NCBI GenBank assembly: GCA_024137785.1
Contig: JAHRHZ010000047.1
Location: forward strand, 9,986,331 to 10,050,330
DNA from: Ginglymostoma cirratum
Taxonomy: Eukaryota
DNA length: 64,000 nucleotides
Reading direction: 5' to 3'
Shown: in pieces, positions 62,546 through 64,000 of the stretch
Numbering within the stretch: the first letter of the stretch is position 1
How the letters are laid out: the number at the start of each line of letters is the position of its first letter
Position numbers and translations under genes: made by a program
The notes under the pieces: generated by a model
Told to the model about the DNA's origin: nothing
Seen by the model: only the letters and a program-made list of their open reading frames with translations
Database searches by the model: none

Positions 62546-62869
62546 TAAAGTTGCAGTGACATTAGTAATTACCCAGTAGTTCGTTCCCTCTGACTGTCTT
62601 TCCAGCTGCATGGCTGCCACCACCGGAATTGGAAGTCAATGCTGCAGTTGCTATGCTCATAATACCAGAGTGCAGCTTAGAGAGAATATTGGTCAGTTGA
62701 CGAATGCACCATTGTGCAGTGACTCACAGGAAGAACATGCAGTATTCGACTGAAAACTGTGTTGGAGGACTGGGGAAGATAGTAATGCCAGCAGGATTGC
62801 TGGGCGGATGCACAGTGGGAAGTTAAAGGAGGATACTGCTGTACAACCCTCACAAAGCTCTAATTCAGA

Positions 62870-63245
62870 AATAGTGCCATATCAATAACATTGCCATATT
62901 AGTAATCTACAGACCCAGGCGAATGCCTTGGAATCATGGGTTCAAATCACTCAATGCCGGAGGTGAAACTGAAAGAATTAATAAAATCTACAACTGACAA
63001 CTTGTCTCAGCAATGGCAACCGTGAAACTAACAGTGATTGTCATAAAAATCTGCATTACTTTACGGAAGGGAATCTGCTGTCTTTAACTGGTTTGGCCTA
63101 CTTGTGACTCCTGACCCACAGCAATGTGGATGACACTTAACTGCCCTCTGAAATGGCCTAACAAATTGAGTAGTTCAAGGGCAGTTAGGGATGGGCAAAA
63201 TAAGCTGACATTGGTAGCAATGCCCACGTCCTATTCAAGAAAACA
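62870..63245 (+). mobile_element. SINE family 2 copy (older)
   Basis: GGGTTCAAATC head and GTGACTCCTGACCCACAGCAATGTGG..TAGGGATGGGCA. Confidence 0.7.
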
Positions 63246-63935
63246 TTCTTAAATCCTTCACCATTGGCTGACAAGTGCTCTTGGGCAGAGACAGTACAGA
63301 AACTGCAAGCTAGAGCTAAAAAAAGGGATAGACTGGTTCCAAACAGGAGCCTGGAATTATTGATTGGCCATTAATGTTTGAAATATTCATGAATTCACAG
63401 GGAAGTAGCAAATGACTTTAATAAAAATGCAAGTGTTGGCTCTCCTCTGGTAATATTAAACTGCAAGCCCCCTCTTTTATCAGTTGAGATTGGCTTGAAA
63501 TGAAGGACTTGAGTAGAATCTGCCAAAGTATGAAAATATGACTATATGCAATAAATCTAGGCTCAGAATAGCTAGTTTAGAGGGAAAATGCCTTTCTCTT
63601 CAGTTTAATTAAAACTTAAAAATAACTATTGATGCACACATCTGCTAACATGGCTCTCAAGTGATTTAAGTCAATGGCCGCCCAATTTTACCTTGTTGAA
63701 TGACCCCTCTTCAAATGGATGAATAATCATACGCACCTCCAATATAAGTTATAATATCTAATATTAATAATATGAAGGTGTTGCATAGAGAGAGTCTTTT
63801 AACATGGCTTTTGAGAATGGAGGTATTTATAGCTATCAGTAAGATACCTTTCTCTGGACAGCTTGGTGCACCACCACCAGTCTTGGGAACGGGGACTGTG
63901 CCTGGTGATCTCTGTCTCTCAGTCTGCACTCCTCC

Positions 63936-63940
63936 ACACA

Positions 63941-63982
<42 letters not shown>

Positions 63983-63995
63983 TATACACACATAC
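63936..63995 (+). repeat. (CA)n microsatellite
   Basis: Direct observation. Confidence 0.95.
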
Positions 63996-64000
63996 GCATG

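Overview
Repeat-rich vertebrate genomic DNA, most likely from a shark or other elasmobranch (inferred from HE1-type V-SINEs and the CR1/L2/Penelope landscape). There are three N gaps. One protein-coding gene is supported: a type II (C-tailed) GnRH receptor on the + strand with three coding exons, join(50388..50939,56743..56947,57628..58154), 427 aa, and probably an upstream non-coding exon. Much of the rest is decayed CR1, L2, RTE and Penelope-like retroelements, three SINE families, a probable solo LTR and two minisatellites. Four observations stand out. (1) Several short fold-back Penelope-derived insertions with 12-16 bp target-site duplications carry minimal hammerhead-ribozyme cores; the best (5900-6274) has an intact core in each arm. 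(2) A 34-bp minisatellite about 15 kb upstream of the receptor start codon repeats an NF-kB consensus site. (3) Non-coding elements combine a YY1-like head with an L2 tail. (4) A coding-like relic at 21.6-23.2 kb has a bidirectional polyA junction and no recognisable source. All calls were made by eye without database searches, so repeat boundaries are approximate.
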